Shown: one piece after another, positions 62,246-64,000 of the stretch | How the letters are laid out: each line of letters opens with the position of its first letter | Numbering within the stretch: position 1 is the first letter of the stretch | Assembly: GCF_964204645.1 (NCBI RefSeq) | Contig: NC_134031.1 | Coordinates: 12,092,088-12,156,087 of the forward strand | Source of the DNA: Tubulanus polymorphus | Lineage: Eukaryota; Animalia; Nemertea | Length of the DNA stretch: 64,000 bases | Direction of reading: 5' to 3' | Program-made: the position numbers and the translations under genes | Notes under the pieces: generated by a model | Databases searched by the model: none | Seen by the model: only the letters and a program-made list of their open reading frames with translations | Told to the model about the DNA's origin: nothing

Positions 62246-63439
62246 CCAAGAACATGTCTATCGCACTTTTGAGCCCAAACGTCTACTTTTACTTAGTAGC
62301 CAATAGAGAACAATAAGCAATTAACGATATCAGCTACTTTTCCAGTAGTATACATTTCAAAACAGTCACTCTGAAATAGTATTCCTTTCAATTCGGTTGG
62401 TTTTCTATAGAAGCTGTTTTCGAAGAGTCTACTATTGAAAAGTGACCAGTTTAAAACATATGGTTTCGATAGTGCAGTAGAGGTGACTGTAAAACCACCC
62501 GGCTGTAAACAGTGACTTTGTGATAGTAACTCTTACCGTAACAGCTACTCTCAGAACACATCGTTTCTAAAAGTCAACTATTGAAAAGTGACCATTTTGA
62601 GATGGCATGGTAATTTCCTGTTCGAAATAGCAGCATCCATTAATACGAAAATGTAGTGCCAGTCCTAGAATTTTTAGAATTTTAAGATTTTTGTTTTACA
62701 TTTGCGATTATAAAACATTCCGGTGCGTTCATAAATCTTTGATTTTGTAGAAAAAAAGACAAAAACATAAATTCGTCTATTAGGCTTAATTTGTTTTTAA
62801 GGGTATATGAGAGAGGAATATACAAATAAAATCATATGTTCAGAAAATGAATTACGAAAAAAAAGTATCTAAAATACTTAGAATTAACCTTGAATTTATT
62901 GTTTATTTCGATAGAAACGATTTTTAAGTAATCCATGTGATGTTCACTTTGTCACGCTGTCCTCTGCTTCTTCGTTAATGAATATTGAATCGTTTTATCG
63001 CTTGCTAGAAGTGATACCCTAATCAAAATCTTATTTCGTAGTTATACGGTTTGGTTGAAATGAAATTACCAACTTGTTATAAAAGATCAAAGGATTAGCG
63101 TTGAGTGTTGAGATGTTCACATAATTTTGAAATCAGCAATTTCATTTGATAGAGAAAACTTCGTTTGGCTTAAGAAGAGAAAGAAATGCGATAGGCTGTA
63201 ATTTCAGTTTCACTTACTTTCCTACTTTGTTGAGTTTATTGTTTATATAGGTTATCAAAAACCCAGCAGCAGCTATCGGTCAGCAGGTCAATTACACTGG
63301 CTAACTAGACAGTGATTGATGAACGAATGTTACTGCACTAACCACCAAAAGACCACAACCAAAAGTAATTATAATAGTAAATATAGCTGCAAAGCAGCGA
63401 TAACGGGTTTTCTGCACAGTCTTAGAATCCTGTTCAACG

Positions 63440-63735
63440 GTGGATTTCAACAAAGCATTTGATAAGGCTCAACATCAGCCATTACTAAAGAGGCTATTAG
63501 GAAACAGTATCAATGATAGGTCGCCCAAATGGCTCAGCAGTTATCTCTGAACGGAAACTTGTAACCGAAATCAACGGAACGCCTCATCTTGGAATGAGAC
63601 GGTCTAACTAGTGGAGTCACGCAAGGTAGTATCCTAAGTCGTCTTCTGTTGTAATGTCCTGACAAATGACATACACAGTAATCCAAAAGATACCAGACCG
63701 AGTAAATTTCCAAAATGACCTTACCACACTGTTCG
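63440..63735 (+). mobile_element. Short degenerate CR1-like RT fragment
   Basis: DFNKAFDK and SGVTQGSILS remnants. Confidence 0.55.
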
Positions 63736-63764
63736 ACCAAAAAACTTAATTTTCCGACAAAACC

Positions 63765-64000
63765 ACGGGGACAAAACCAAAATTATGAATTGTCGCGGGT
63801 GACAAAACCAAAATATTGAATTGTCACGGGCGACAAAACAAAAATAATGAATTGTCGAGGGCGATAAAACCAAAATAATGAATTGTCGCGGGTGATAAAA
63901 CCACAATAATGAATTGTCGCGGGCGTTAAAACCAAAATATTGAATTGTCGCGGCGATAAAACCAAAATAATGAATTGTCGCGGACAACAAAAACAAAATA
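63765..64000 (+). repeat. Minisatellite of ~32-33 bp units, 7+ copies, runs off the window
   Basis: Repeated aaaaccaaaataatgaattgtcgcgggcgat. Confidence 0.9.

Overview
AT-rich, repeat-dense eukaryotic DNA, most likely a marine invertebrate (inferred from the repeat families). No complete host gene is evident. Positions 1-29.8 kb are a patchwork of non-autonomous DNA transposons (CACTA-like, TA-flanked MITE, Helentron-associated HINEs, a Harbinger remnant), minisatellites, a Penelope-type minimal hammerhead and a few possible exons. Positions 29.8-62.2 kb are a nest of at least three related Polinton/Maverick-like endogenous viruses plus two LINEs and HINEs. The youngest copy (43702-61749, 18,048 bp) is complete end to end, with ~300-350 bp TIRs and a 6-bp target-site duplication, and it has inserted into the integrase gene of an older relative. 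It encodes pPolB, minor and major capsid proteins, a packaging ATPase, an RVE integrase with chromodomain, an HNH/EndoVII-like nuclease and several membrane proteins; most large ORFs carry stops or frameshifts. Four features stand out. (1) 12 of ~16 gene starts read TAAATG, many with an upstream T-run or A-run, resembling poxvirus late/intermediate promoters, yet the element has no RNA polymerase. (2) Each terminus is a long fold-back palindrome, and a sibling copy seems to carry the loop in the flipped orientation. (3) One gene has a conserved spliceosomal leader intron next to a swappable palindrome-rich repeat array. (4) There are many membrane proteins and no recognisable adenain protease. 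Working hypothesis (inference): a virophage-like endogenous virus that depends on a pox-like cytoplasmic helper virus and keeps a small nuclear-expressed module.
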